Source: Candidatus Fermentibacterota bacterium
GTDB taxonomy: Bacteria > Fermentibacterota > Fermentibacteria > Fermentibacterales > JCC-6
Direction of reading: 5' to 3'
Assembly: GCA_030609965.1 (NCBI GenBank)
Contig: JAUWSQ010000002.1
Coordinates: forward strand, 65,395 to 129,394
Length of the DNA stretch: 64,000 bases
The notes beneath the pieces were generated by a model. It did not search any database. It worked only from the letters and a program-made list of their open reading frames with translations, and was not told where the DNA came from. The position numbers and the translations under genes are program-made. Shown here piece after piece: positions 45,074-55,148 of this stretch (its first letter is position 1; every line of letters starts with the position of its first letter).

Positions 45074-46273
45074 ATGAATATGGATAAGAATGGAATATAC
45101 ATAGCCGGAAGTGATATGAACGCGGGAAAAACCACGTTCAGTCTCGGACTTGTTTCATGGCTGGAAGAACATCAAGAAGGCGGCGCTTCATTCATGAAAC
45201 CCATGGGGCAGAAGACCACACTGGTGGATGGTGAATCGGTAGGTGAGGATACGTTTCTTGTAAACACTTCGCTGGGTCTTGATATTCCACCGGAGTATAC
45301 GGCACCATTCACTATGTCTTCGGGACATTCTGAAACCTTCCTTGCTGATGGGCAGCCCTCAGATATAGAGAAGAAGATATTGAAGGCTTACAGGTATTTA
45401 AGGTCCACATCGGATGTGGTTGTCGTCGAGGGAACAGGACATCCAGGTGTAGGATCTGTCTTTAACCTCTGCAATGCCAGTGTAGCCGGCCTGATGAACA
45501 TTCCGGTGCTCCTTGTACTCAATGCGGGTATTGGAAAAACCATTGACAGATTTACACTCTGCAGCAGTCTTTTTCATGACAGAGATATTCCTCTTCTCGG
45601 AGTCGTGATAAACAAAGTGCTTGAAAGCAAACTTGAGAAGGTCAGGAAGTACCTTGACCCCTGGTTCGCAGAAAGAGGAATACCTGTTTTCGGGTACATT
45701 CCATACGTAAAATCTTTTGCAGAACCTTCGATAGGAATGCTGGGCCGTGAACTTGGGGTTGAAACCCTGATATCCTGGAAAAAGGACAAAGATGTTCCAG
45801 TTGAGGGCTTCATTGCAGGATTTGGAAGCAGCGGCGAGATCATTGCAGATATCGAAAGCAGCCCTGAGAGTGCCCTTCTACTCAGTTCAAGAAGACACGA
45901 AGTAGTAGACGCTATTGTAGCCAGGAAGCTTTCCGGCAGCCTGTCTGAAGGTCCCGGAGCGATAGTGCTTTGCGGTAAGCCGAATGAAAATGAATCCTAT
46001 ATAGCCGATGCATGTAATAAATTGGATATCCCGCTTTACAGATCACTAAAAAGTGCTGGAGATTCGGTATCAATACTGAACAGGCGGATATTCAAGATTG
46101 AACCCGGTGAGTCAGTCAAGATTTCCGAGATCGTAAGAACTGTTAAAGATAATGTGGATATTGAACGAATGTTGGAATGTCTGCAGTCTTCGGAGCATAT
46201 ACAGAAAAAAACAGCGGATAAACCCATGACCCGACTTAAGTCATGGGTATCAAGGGTATTTAACAGGCAATAG
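45074..46273 (+). CDS. P-loop (BioD-like) plus DRTGG-domain protein, phosphotransacetylase N-terminal-region-like
   Basis: GIYIAGSDMNAGKTTFSLGL dethiobiotin-synthase-like P-loop, VVVEGTGH, and a later regulatory-looking domain. No Pta catalytic domain is present. Confidence 0.5.
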   Translation: MNMDKNGIYIAGSDMNAGKTTFSLGLVSWLEEHQEGGASFMKPMGQKTTLVDGESVGEDTFLVNTSLGLDIPPEYTAPFTMSSGHSETFLADGQPSDIEKKILKAYRYLRSTSDVVVVEGTGHPGVGSVFNLCNASVAGLMNIPVLLVLNAGIGKTIDRFTLCSSLFHDRDIPLLGVVINKVLESKLEKVRKYLDPWFAERGIPVFGYIPYVKSFAEPSIGMLGRELGVETLISWKKDKDVPVEGFIAGFGSSGEIIADIESSPESALLLSSRRHEVVDAIVARKLSGSLSEGPGAIVLCGKPNENESYIADACNKLDIPLYRSLKSAGDSVSILNRRIFKIEPGESVKISEIVRTVKDNVDIERMLECLQSSEHIQKKTADKPMTRLKSWVSRVFNRQ

Positions 46274-46287
46274 CCGGGAAACACTTA

Positions 46288-47691
46288 ATGCGATCAAGAA
46301 TAATCCTCATCTCGATATTTCTTCTGGCAATGGGAGCCACATTTCTATTCCGGAAACCTCATTCTCCTGATACAGGAGGTGTATGGTTACTTTCTGATCA
46401 CCTCTCCGAACTTGAATATCTGACCGATTCCCTGAATTCAATACTGGCAGATACAATAGATGTAAGAACGGCCAGTGTTGAAGAGGGAGGAACACTCGGC
46501 GCACTTCTCTACTCAACCGGCATTGAAGGAAACAGATACCTTAACTGCTGTGATATTTTCATAGACAGCCTTGGATGGACCTCAGTCCATGTGGGTGATA
46601 CCCTTCGCGCTATCTATGCAAGGGATACACTGACAGAAGTCAGAGCAATGCCGAGGAACGGCAGAGGATACTACTGTATAGAATTCAATGGAACCGCCGA
46701 ACCCGTCGATTGGTACTGGGTCCCCGAAGAGCAGTACAGAAGGCTTCGTGCTGTTACACTTGTTGTAAACAGTTCCGTGTGGGAAAGCATTGCCAGCGGT
46801 GGTGTCCCTGCAGACCTGACACCAACGGGAAACATTGTAACTACACGTGATTCGGTAAGAAAGGTAGCCTACATTAAAGGGTTCGAGAATGAGCTTGCAA
46901 ACAGGCTCTTCGTTTACGATATCGATTTCTACTACGATGTGCAGCCGGGAGACAGTGTATGGGTGCTGCTGGAGGAGAACCGGTACCCCGGCTCATCCGA
47001 GACCACATTCCGCAGAATAATCGCTGCCAAGTATGATTTCGCCCTCGGAGGAATGACTGAAGCAATTCCATTCTTCCACCAGCCGGATTCTCTTGCTCCT
47101 GACGGCAGCGCTGTAATACTGGATCACTATCACCGTGATGGAGCTTCACTGAGAACGATGTTCCTTAAAATGCCTGTTCCATTCGGCAGAATCAGCTCTC
47201 CCTATTCCGATTCACGGATGCATCCTGTTCTTGGATACACAAGAGCCCACCGGGGTATAGATTACGCAGCTCCAATGGACACGGAGATATATGCTGTTGG
47301 AGATGGTGTAATAACTGTCAGGGCTTTCACCGGTGGCTATGGGAATATGGTGCGTGTCAGGCATGCCAACGGTTATGAAACAGGATACGGACACATGAGC
47401 AGCTATGCTCAGCATCAGGAAATAGGATCTTACGTAAGGCAGGGTGACGTAATCGGTTATATTGGAAGCACGGGCCTTTCAACAGGGCCACATCTTCATT
47501 TCGAGATGAAGAAGAATGGTTCTTACGTCAATCCCGCCACTGAAATACTTCCTCCTGCTAATCCTCTCCTTGAGAATGATCTTGATTTCTTCATGCTTCA
47601 GCTTCCGGTTCTTGAGCGTACATGGTCCATCATGGCTGGAAAGGATATACCGGTTTCCCGATCTGAGGACACTTGCACATCAACGGAATGA
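46288..47691 (+). CDS. M23 family metallopeptidase (LytM-type) with an N-terminal signal anchor
   Basis: HRGIDYAAP, GYGNMVRVRH.NGYETGYGHMS, GSTGLSTGPHLHFEM. Confidence 0.9.
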   Translation: MRSRIILISIFLLAMGATFLFRKPHSPDTGGVWLLSDHLSELEYLTDSLNSILADTIDVRTASVEEGGTLGALLYSTGIEGNRYLNCCDIFIDSLGWTSVHVGDTLRAIYARDTLTEVRAMPRNGRGYYCIEFNGTAEPVDWYWVPEEQYRRLRAVTLVVNSSVWESIASGGVPADLTPTGNIVTTRDSVRKVAYIKGFENELANRLFVYDIDFYYDVQPGDSVWVLLEENRYPGSSETTFRRIIAAKYDFALGGMTEAIPFFHQPDSLAPDGSAVILDHYHRDGASLRTMFLKMPVPFGRISSPYSDSRMHPVLGYTRAHRGIDYAAPMDTEIYAVGDGVITVRAFTGGYGNMVRVRHANGYETGYGHMSSYAQHQEIGSYVRQGDVIGYIGSTGLSTGPHLHFEMKKNGSYVNPATEILPPANPLLENDLDFFMLQLPVLERTWSIMAGKDIPVSRSEDTCTSTE

Positions 47692-50600
47692 CAGAAGAAG
47701 ACAGGAACCCCGAAACTGTAAAGAACTGGGTACTCAACGAGTTCTTCTGGGATTCAGTGTTCTCTGAAATGCTGTCCAGCCTTGCCTCTGAAAAGCTGAC
47801 TGTTGTTGGAGGCCTCGGAGGAGCCGCAATTTCGTTTGCAGCGGCAGCAGCCCACAGGCTTGCAGGCCCTACAGTTCTGGTCACACCCTCTGTCGCTGAC
47901 GCGGAGAGCGTTAGGGACGATCTGAACGGCATACTTGAAGAAGTTCTCTATTTTCCAGCGTACGAGACTCTCCCGTTCGAAGGCGAAGCAGCGCATCCGG
48001 GTGTTATATCCGACCGTGTTGAATGCATGGCTGAACTCCACGCAGGGAAAAGAAAAAGCATTGTAGTGATGCCGGCATCAGCCCTTATTAAAAAAATTCC
48101 AACAAAAGAGAATTTCTCCTGCTTCCGTCTTTATCAAGGTATGAGGTTATCTGTAAGAGAGCTTGAGGACTGGCTTCTAGCCGCTGGATATCTGAAGGAA
48201 GGAAGCGTCTGGGAACAGGCAAGATGGGCCCGGCGGGGCGGTATAATCGATGTAGGAACTTACGGAATGGAGAATCCTGTAAGACTGGAATTCTTTGGTG
48301 ATGAGCTGGAATCGCTGCGGTCATTCGACCAGAGGTCCCAGAGAAGCATAAGGAACCTGCAGCAGTGCCAGCTTCTCCCCGCCAGGGAGGTCATACTCTC
48401 ACCGGATCACTGGAACAGGGCAATAGAAGTGGTTCCCGAAGAGCACCCTCTCAGCGAAAAACTCTGGACTGCAAACGATTTCCCGGGTATTGAACACTAT
48501 CTGCCGGTGTTTCTTAGCGATTCGGGCAGCATACTCGATTACATACCCGATGATGGAACACTCATAATGTCCGATCCTGATTCAATAATGGCGCATATCG
48601 AAGATGCTTTAACCTTCAACATGAGCAACTATTCCCCACAGGACATTCCCTTCAGCTTCAGCAGGCAGTTCTTCTCCAGGGAGGGAATCCGCAGCAAACT
48701 TGAATCCTGCAGGAGGATAGTCAGATTTGATCCATTCCCGGAGAGGGATGTTGATGTCTATTACAGAACTGTTCCACAGGTAAGTTTTCAGGATCATCGC
48801 AGCGAGATGATCAGGCAATTTAAAAAGTGGAAAGAAGAGGGTTTCAGAACAGCTGTTCTATGTGATTCCTCCTCAGAGGAGGAGACATTTCTGGAACTGA
48901 TACCTGATGAGATCAGTATCGATACAAGCGTACTTTCCATTTCGGAAGGCTTCCGGATGCCTGAACTCGGGCTGGTCGTAATGGCTGAGAGAAAGCTGCT
49001 TTCCGGAAGGAGGAGGCCGGAACGGATCAGGAAATACAGAGGCGGTTCCGGACTGGAGGATGCGGGGGAGGTATCTCCGGGAGATCTGATAGTACATAAA
49101 CGCTACGGGATAGGCCGCTTTACAGGTCTGGAACAGGTCGAAACATCAGGCACAGTACTGGATTGTCTTGCAATTGATTACAGAGATGGTGACAGACTTC
49201 TTGTCCCGATTGACGAGATCAGCTCCGTGCAGAAATTCATGGCTCCTGAAAAGATCCAGCCAAAGCTCGATAAGATAGGCAGCGTATCCTGGAGCAAGCG
49301 GGTCTCGAGCGCAAGAAGGAAAGCAAAAGCAATTGCCGGGAGGCTTGCAGCACTGTATGCGGAAAGAAAAGCCATGAAAAGAAAGCCACTGGAACTTCCA
49401 GGTCATCATGTTGCAGCGCTTGAGAGCAGCTTTCCCTACGAAGAGACTCCAGATCAGAGGAAGACAATACAGAAGGTAATGCAGGACTTTCAGAGGGACA
49501 CTCCAATGGACAGGCTGGTTTGCGGTGATGTCGGTTATGGTAAAACTGAAGTGGCTATAAGGGCGGTGTACCGTGCGGTTGATTCCGGTTTTCAGGCTGC
49601 TGTACTGGTTCCAACCACCGTCCTGGCTGAACAGCATTACTTCACTTTCAGGGACCGGCTGGCGGAATTCCCGGTAAAGGTAGAGATGCTCAGCAGGTTT
49701 CGAACAAGGGAGGAACAGAGAAAGACAATAGAAAAACTGGCAGTGGGTGATGTCGATATTGTTATTGGAACCCACCGGCTTCTGCAGAAGGATATCCGTT
49801 TCAACAGGCTCGGTCTGCTTGTGGTTGATGAAGAGCACCGTTTCGGAGTCAGACAGAAGGAGTACCTCAGGGAATTGATGAAGGGTGTTGATACGCTGGC
49901 TATGTCGGCAACCCCCATTCCCAGAACCCTTCATATGTCCTTATCGGGCTTTCGGGATATCTCGATAATCGCATCTCCTCCGAGAGACAGGTATCCTATT
50001 CACACAGAGCTTGTTGGGTTCAATGCAAGAATAATCGCTAAAGCCATTCTCAGGGAGCTCGAGAGGGATGGACAGGTTTTCTTCGTGCATAACAGGATAC
50101 AGTCCATTGAGAGCGTACGAGAGAAGCTTAATTCCCTGTTACCTGAGGTGAGGATAGCGGTAGGGCATGGTCAGCTGAATCCGAGGAAGCTCGAGAACGT
50201 GATGCATGCCTTTATGGAGGGTCAATACGATATTCTGCTGTGTACATCCATCATAGAATCCGGCCTGGATCTTCCCCGTGTTAACACCATAATTATAGAT
50301 AATGCCCACATGTTCGGCCTTGCTGACCTTTATCAGTTGAGAGGAAGGGTGGGAAGGAGCCATCACCAGGCTTACTGCTATCTGATCGTACCGGAGAGGA
50401 GAAAGCTGAAACCCGAAGCCGGGAATCGTATTGATGCCATACGCAGATTCACCGAGCTCGGCTCGGGATGGAACATAGCCATGCGGGATCTCGAGATAAG
50501 GGGTGCCGGCGAGCTTCTTGGAGCATCTCAGCATGGTCAGATGATCTCAATAGGGTATGCGCTCTTTGAGGATCTGATTAAACAGGAAGCCAGACGTCTC

Positions 50601-51059
50601 AAGGGAATTGATACCGGATCGGATAGTGATGTCAGGGTTGAAATTCCCGGAGATTCATTTATTCCTCCATCTTATGTGCCTGATGTGACGGAGAGAGTCA
50701 GGATCTATCGCAATGTATGGAGAGCCTCCTGTGAAAGTGATATAGACGAATGGATAGATTACCTTTCTGACAGGTTCGGTGAACCGGAGGAATCGGTACT
50801 TAACTGTGCGCAGAGGGCAAGGATAGGATATCTGGCCCGAAATGCAGGTATTGAAGAGGTTGTCATAAGCGGTCCACTCGCACGGATGGTGTTCAGTCCC
50901 GGTACGGAAGTATCAAGATCTTCACCGGACAGCGTGAAGGTTTCAGTCACTGTGGAGAAAACTGGACGAATAGTAGTAAGTGTTAAGCTGAAGGGTCTCT
51001 CCGACAGTGAAAAGGTGAAGAGGACGCTCAGTCTCCTTCGATTCTTCAGTCCGGTATAA
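47688..51059 (+). CDS. mfd: Transcription-repair coupling factor
   Basis: UvrB-homology N-terminus, CarD-like RID (GDLIVHKRYGIGRF), SF2 helicase motifs (GDVGYGKTEVA, DEEHRFGV), TRG motif and D7. Start set to ATG 47688 (ATGA overlap with the M23 gene). Confidence 0.95.
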   Translation: MTEEDRNPETVKNWVLNEFFWDSVFSEMLSSLASEKLTVVGGLGGAAISFAAAAAHRLAGPTVLVTPSVADAESVRDDLNGILEEVLYFPAYETLPFEGEAAHPGVISDRVECMAELHAGKRKSIVVMPASALIKKIPTKENFSCFRLYQGMRLSVRELEDWLLAAGYLKEGSVWEQARWARRGGIIDVGTYGMENPVRLEFFGDELESLRSFDQRSQRSIRNLQQCQLLPAREVILSPDHWNRAIEVVPEEHPLSEKLWTANDFPGIEHYLPVFLSDSGSILDYIPDDGTLIMSDPDSIMAHIEDALTFNMSNYSPQDIPFSFSRQFFSREGIRSKLESCRRIVRFDPFPERDVDVYYRTVPQVSFQDHRSEMIRQFKKWKEEGFRTAVLCDSSSEEETFLELIPDEISIDTSVLSISEGFRMPELGLVVMAERKLLSGRRRPERIRKYRGGSGLEDAGEVSPGDLIVHKRYGIGRFTGLEQVETSGTVLDCLAIDYRDGDRLLVPIDEISSVQKFMAPEKIQPKLDKIGSVSWSKRVSSARRKAKAIAGRLAALYAERKAMKRKPLELPGHHVAALESSFPYEETPDQRKTIQKVMQDFQRDTPMDRLVCGDVGYGKTEVAIRAVYRAVDSGFQAAVLVPTTVLAEQHYFTFRDRLAEFPVKVEMLSRFRTREEQRKTIEKLAVGDVDIVIGTHRLLQKDIRFNRLGLLVVDEEHRFGVRQKEYLRELMKGVDTLAMSATPIPRTLHMSLSGFRDISIIASPPRDRYPIHTELVGFNARIIAKAILRELERDGQVFFVHNRIQSIESVREKLNSLLPEVRIAVGHGQLNPRKLENVMHAFMEGQYDILLCTSIIESGLDLPRVNTIIIDNAHMFGLADLYQLRGRVGRSHHQAYCYLIVPERRKLKPEAGNRIDAIRRFTELGSGWNIAMRDLEIRGAGELLGASQHGQMISIGYALFEDLIKQEARRLKGIDTGSDSDVRVEIPGDSFIPPSYVPDVTERVRIYRNVWRASCESDIDEWIDYLSDRFGEPEESVLNCAQRARIGYLARNAGIEEVVISGPLARMVFSPGTEVSRSSPDSVKVSVTVEKTGRIVVSVKLKGLSDSEKVKRTLSLLRFFSPV

Positions 51060-51272
51060 TTGGTATCAGAATCCGGTCGACAGTGGTTAAACATGTGCGG
51101 CATCCTTTATATTTCCATCTTGCGCTGCAGCTCAAAGCTATCTTCTGGAACTCTGGGACAGCAGCAGAATAGAGATTGACGGTTTAGCTGTGAAGAAAAC
51201 TGATATGTGGGATTCCAGCTGTTAATCATGGATATTTTACTTATTTGAGAAACTTTGAAACATGGAGGAGAA

Positions 51273-52088
51273 ATGAAAATCATTGCGTACTTAGCTTTAA
51301 TACTGTTTATTACAGCAGCAGCGTCTGCTGATGTTATTGCCAGCGTCGACAATGTTACGTTAACATGGGATGATATCCTGTACATGATCGGAGGAGAGGA
51401 GAACGTTCAGTATCTCGGTATATCCTCCGAAGCTGGTGCAATCGAGGTACTGCAGTCCTGGGTCAGAGAGGAAATAATGGTTCAGGCAGCCGAGAACAGC
51501 GGCCTTGATTCAGATCCTGCAGTTCAGGAAATTCTCGAGCAGACCAGAAGGCAGATACTTCTCGAGGCATTCATGACGAACATAGTCGAGGGGATGCAGC
51601 CATCGCAGCTTGAGATCGAGAACTACGCTGATGTCTGGCTCAATACTTACAGAAATAGTGCCCACGTAAGACATATCATCGTACAGGACGAGAACCTTGC
51701 GAATTCACTTCATGCAAGGGTTCATGCCGATTCGGATTTTGCAGCTCTCGCTCAGGAATATTCCATAGGCCCCAGCGGTGAGAATGGTGGAGACATTGGA
51801 TGGATTACTCGGGGGCAGTCGGGTTACATGTCCTTTGATGAAGCTGCCTTCAGGCTTGAAGATGGGGAAGTAAGCAGTGTGGTTGAAACCGGTGCCGGTT
51901 TCCATATCATTGAAGTTATTGAAACTCAGCTTCTCTCCCCCGAACCGTCAGTTGAAGAGATTCAGGAAGTGGTTACCATAGAGCTTACGCAGGTTATGCA
52001 GGAGGAGGCCATCATGGCTGAACTCGATATCCTTGAGGTAGACTACGATATTGTGCTCTATCCGGAAAGGTTATTAGAGCATCTTTAA
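51273..52088 (+). CDS. Periplasmic parvulin-type peptidyl-prolyl isomerase (SurA/PpiC-like)
   Basis: Signal peptide MKIIAYLALILFITAAASA. Parvulin domain VRHIIV...FAALAQEYS.GPS...GGDIGW...G.....F..AAF.L..GEVS.VVET..GFHII. GGAGGA RBS before ATG 51273. Confidence 0.8.
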   Translation: MKIIAYLALILFITAAASADVIASVDNVTLTWDDILYMIGGEENVQYLGISSEAGAIEVLQSWVREEIMVQAAENSGLDSDPAVQEILEQTRRQILLEAFMTNIVEGMQPSQLEIENYADVWLNTYRNSAHVRHIIVQDENLANSLHARVHADSDFAALAQEYSIGPSGENGGDIGWITRGQSGYMSFDEAAFRLEDGEVSSVVETGAGFHIIEVIETQLLSPEPSVEEIQEVVTIELTQVMQEEAIMAELDILEVDYDIVLYPERLLEHL

Positions 52089-52251
52089 TTCAAAAAAGCA
52101 CCTGATCTGGGCGGTCTGGATACTTGCTGCTGTTTCAATTACAGTAACAGCTGCTGTTGTTATTGTTATAAACAGGAGGATAGCTTCGGTTGACTCAATT
52201 GAGCTGCTTGATAGCAGCAGCAGAGCGGAAGATCACCTTATAGCAGCGAGA

Positions 52252-52983
52252 GTGGACAGCTCTGTTATCTATCTGGAAGACATGGCAATCGTAGGGATCG
52301 ATCCTTCACTCCTTGAAGAATGGATCAAGGATGAATTGCTGGCCGCATTGGCTGTTGAGCGGGGTCTGGAGAATGTCAGAAAGAGCAGACTTCTGCAGGA
52401 CAGGGCAAGGCAGATATACCTGAGGGATGAACTGCTTTCGAGTGTATACAGAGGGATACCCTTTCCCGACAGCTCAGAAGTGTTCCGCTTCATGAGAACG
52501 GACAGCCTCGCCTACATGGTCGAGCGGCACTTCTACCAGATACTGGTCTCCGCTGAATCATCTGCTGATTCCATTCATGAAAGATTATCATGGGGTGAAA
52601 ATTTTCAGATAACTGCCGAAAGGCTTTCCATCGGGCAGAAAGCCGGTATCGGAGGTGATCTCGGTTTTATGACAGCAGGTGAACTCATTATGTATGGAGT
52701 GCCAAGAGAGCAAGCGCTTATTGAAGGGCTGGGAGATGTCGTAGATACTTCATACGGATGGCACATATTTCTTGTGGACGAGATCAGACCACTTTGCGAT
52801 ACATCCCGGGTTGTGAGGAGCCTTGCCGATGATATCTACAGAGAGAGAATGAATGCGGCCAGGGACAGCCTTCTTGAAATAGCCGCATCGACCAGAGAAG
52901 TGTATTTAGATCCCGCACTTATTCACAACACCGGACAATCTGCTGGTGATATTGACAGTACATACGGAAGAGAGGCAGAATGA
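52252..52983 (+). CDS. Parvulin-type PPIase-like protein; the true N-terminus is probably upstream
   Basis: Degenerate parvulin domain (HFYQILV...GGDLGFMT...G...V.DTSYGWHIFLV). The same frame is open back to 52078 and encodes a TM helix, but has no ATG/GTG/TTG. Confidence 0.6.
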   Translation: MDSSVIYLEDMAIVGIDPSLLEEWIKDELLAALAVERGLENVRKSRLLQDRARQIYLRDELLSSVYRGIPFPDSSEVFRFMRTDSLAYMVERHFYQILVSAESSADSIHERLSWGENFQITAERLSIGQKAGIGGDLGFMTAGELIMYGVPREQALIEGLGDVVDTSYGWHIFLVDEIRPLCDTSRVVRSLADDIYRERMNAARDSLLEIAASTREVYLDPALIHNTGQSAGDIDSTYGREAE

Positions 52984-54215
52984 CTGCACTGCTTGTTTCG
53001 ATCCTTCTGACAGTGTTCATTCCCCTGGAGAAGATAATGGCTGTTGTCGGCAACAGTCCCATCCTGCATTCGGAGGTTGAGGAAGTCCTTCTTCAGATGG
53101 GTCTGGATCCTGACGGCAGCTACGAAGTAGATTCGCAAACCCCTGAGTACTATGATGCGCTTGACGAACTGATTGATACACGCCTGATTATCAATGCAGC
53201 GATCAGTGCCGGACTCTACCCGACCGATGAAGAGATCCTGGCTCTTGTGGAAGAACATCTGGAACTCAGTCCACCGGGGTTTGATGTGGATTTGGAGTAT
53301 ATCTCCGAAGTACTGGCTGATAATCAGGCCGCACAAATATTCGTCTTCAGGAAGGTTCAGGCCGCCATGCTGGATATGCCCCTGAGCTCGGAGGCGTATC
53401 TGATTGCAAACGCTGGACTTGTTGAGGATATAATAATGCCGAGGCATATTGGATGGATACATCTTCCCATTCTCCCTGCCGGCTCTGATTTCGATGAAGC
53501 CCTGGAAGAAATGTATAGATTACGGGAGAGAATACTATCCGGCGAATCTTTTGAAGAACTTGCGAAGGAGTATTCGGATGACGGCTCCGCCATTAACGGG
53601 GGATATCTGGGATCCTTCGGTCCCGGAGAGATGACTTATTCCTTTGAGGATGCTGCATTTGCTCTTGAAACAGGTGAAATAAGCGAGCCGGTCGTGACTC
53701 CTTTCGGTATACACCTGATCAGACTGGACAACAGAAACGAAGACGGTACTATAGAAGCCAGCCATATACTCAGGGTTGTTCCTGTAGATCCTTCAGATAT
53801 CGAGCGCACTATAGCGGATGCGGAGAGTATACTCAGTGATATCCGCAATTCACTATTATCATTCGAGGATGCCGCCAGAATTTACAGCCTGGACATGTCA
53901 AGTTCCGACGGAGGTGGTGATTTGGGGATGGTACCTCTGAAACTATGGAAGTATGAAATAGCTGTTGCGGCGCAGGGGCTTCCGGTCGGCTCATGTTCCG
54001 AACCTGTCATCCTGGAGAACTCCAGAGCCATTGCTATTATCAGGCTCCAGGAAGATTCCGGGGAAATCGACTGGAACTCATATACCGAGACGGAGCAGAA
54101 CGGGCTTGTTCAGCAGGTTATTTACCAGGATACATACAATACCCTGGTCGATTCCCTTCGCTATGTATTACCTGTGACATACTTCCTGGAAAATGATGGT
54201 GCCAGTGCGAATTGA
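52980..54215 (+). CDS. SurA-like chaperone / parvulin PPIase
   Basis: SurA_N-like N-terminal region (IMAVVGNSPILHSEVEE), parvulin domain (FEELAKEYSDDGSAINGGYLGSFGPGEM...FEDAAFAL.TGEISEPV.TPFGIHLI) and a second degenerate domain. ATGA overlap with the previous gene. Confidence 0.75.
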   Translation: MTALLVSILLTVFIPLEKIMAVVGNSPILHSEVEEVLLQMGLDPDGSYEVDSQTPEYYDALDELIDTRLIINAAISAGLYPTDEEILALVEEHLELSPPGFDVDLEYISEVLADNQAAQIFVFRKVQAAMLDMPLSSEAYLIANAGLVEDIIMPRHIGWIHLPILPAGSDFDEALEEMYRLRERILSGESFEELAKEYSDDGSAINGGYLGSFGPGEMTYSFEDAAFALETGEISEPVVTPFGIHLIRLDNRNEDGTIEASHILRVVPVDPSDIERTIADAESILSDIRNSLLSFEDAARIYSLDMSSSDGGGDLGMVPLKLWKYEIAVAAQGLPVGSCSEPVILENSRAIAIIRLQEDSGEIDWNSYTETEQNGLVQQVIYQDTYNTLVDSLRYVLPVTYFLENDGASAN

Positions 54216-54465
54216 TGTTTACCTTAAGCTGATGGGCATTTTCAAAACCCGGTCGGTTGCCGGTAAGGCCTGCAAAGCTGGCTTTGTATCCATTGATGAA
54301 AAGGCAGTGAAGTCATCTCTTTCTGTTCAGAATGGCGATCTGCTTGAAATCGTGAAACCTGATGGCTCAAGGCTGACAGTTGAAGTGCTTTCAGTCCCAC
54401 CGGATAAGCAGGTTTCCAGAAAGGATCGGCAGGATTACTGCAGAATAGTCGAAATGGAGGTGTAA
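54193..54465 (+). CDS. S4-domain RNA-binding protein (Hsp15/YlmH-like small protein)
   Basis: RIDVYLKLMGIFKTRS.A...C..G.V.I....VK.S..V..GD. Confidence 0.65.
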   Translation: MMVPVRIDVYLKLMGIFKTRSVAGKACKAGFVSIDEKAVKSSLSVQNGDLLEIVKPDGSRLTVEVLSVPPDKQVSRKDRQDYCRIVEMEV

Positions 54466-55148
54466 TGTTAATCTCCTTCGGAAATGTCAGCAGATTCTAC
54501 AATGACTGGCCTGCCCTCGAGAACATTAACCTTCAGGTCCAGCGTGGGGAATTTCTTGTGATTTCAGGACCCAGCGGTGCTGGCAAAACCACCCTCTTCA
54601 GGCACATCTGGATGGGTGACCTGCCAAGCATAGGTACAGTTGAAGTTGCGGGATACAGGTCGGACAGGATAAGAAAAAGTGATCTGCACTATCTCAGGCG
54701 TAAGCTGGGTATTGTATTCCAGGATTTCCGCCTTCTTCCGGAAAGAACTGTATTCGATAACGTTGCCCTGCCTCTTCAGGTTGCCGGAACCTCCCCGAAG
54801 GCCATAAGAAGAAGAGTATTTTCACTTCTCGCGGAGATGGAACTCAACCATAGGAGAGGTTCCTACCCCCATGAACTTTCAGGAGGAGAACAGCAGAGAG
54901 TGGCCATTGCAAGGGCAATGGTTGCTCATCCTGTCATTCTACTTGCCGATGAACCTACCGGTAACCTGGACCCTGAAGTCTCACGAATGGTGATTGATCT
55001 CCTGATTGAGATCAACAGATCAGGAACGACAGTTATTCTGGCTACACATGATCCACGACAGGTTCCGGCAGGAACGGCAAGATTCATCTATCTGGATCGG
55101 GGACATCTGGTGAATCCCAGTATCTGGGACGGATACAGACAATTATGA
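54465..55148 (+). CDS. ftsE: Cell-division ABC ATPase FtsE
   Basis: GPSGAGKTT, LSGGEQQRVAIARA, LLADEPTGNLD. Confidence 0.9.
   Translation: MLISFGNVSRFYNDWPALENINLQVQRGEFLVISGPSGAGKTTLFRHIWMGDLPSIGTVEVAGYRSDRIRKSDLHYLRRKLGIVFQDFRLLPERTVFDNVALPLQVAGTSPKAIRRRVFSLLAEMELNHRRGSYPHELSGGEQQRVAIARAMVAHPVILLADEPTGNLDPEVSRMVIDLLIEINRSGTTVILATHDPRQVPAGTARFIYLDRGHLVNPSIWDGYRQL

Noticed and set aside
51176-51215. A possible sigma-70 promoter (TTGACG ... TGATAT) upstream of the first PPIase gene
   Set aside because: The spacer is about 19 nt and the -10 element is weak. There is not enough support to report it as a feature.
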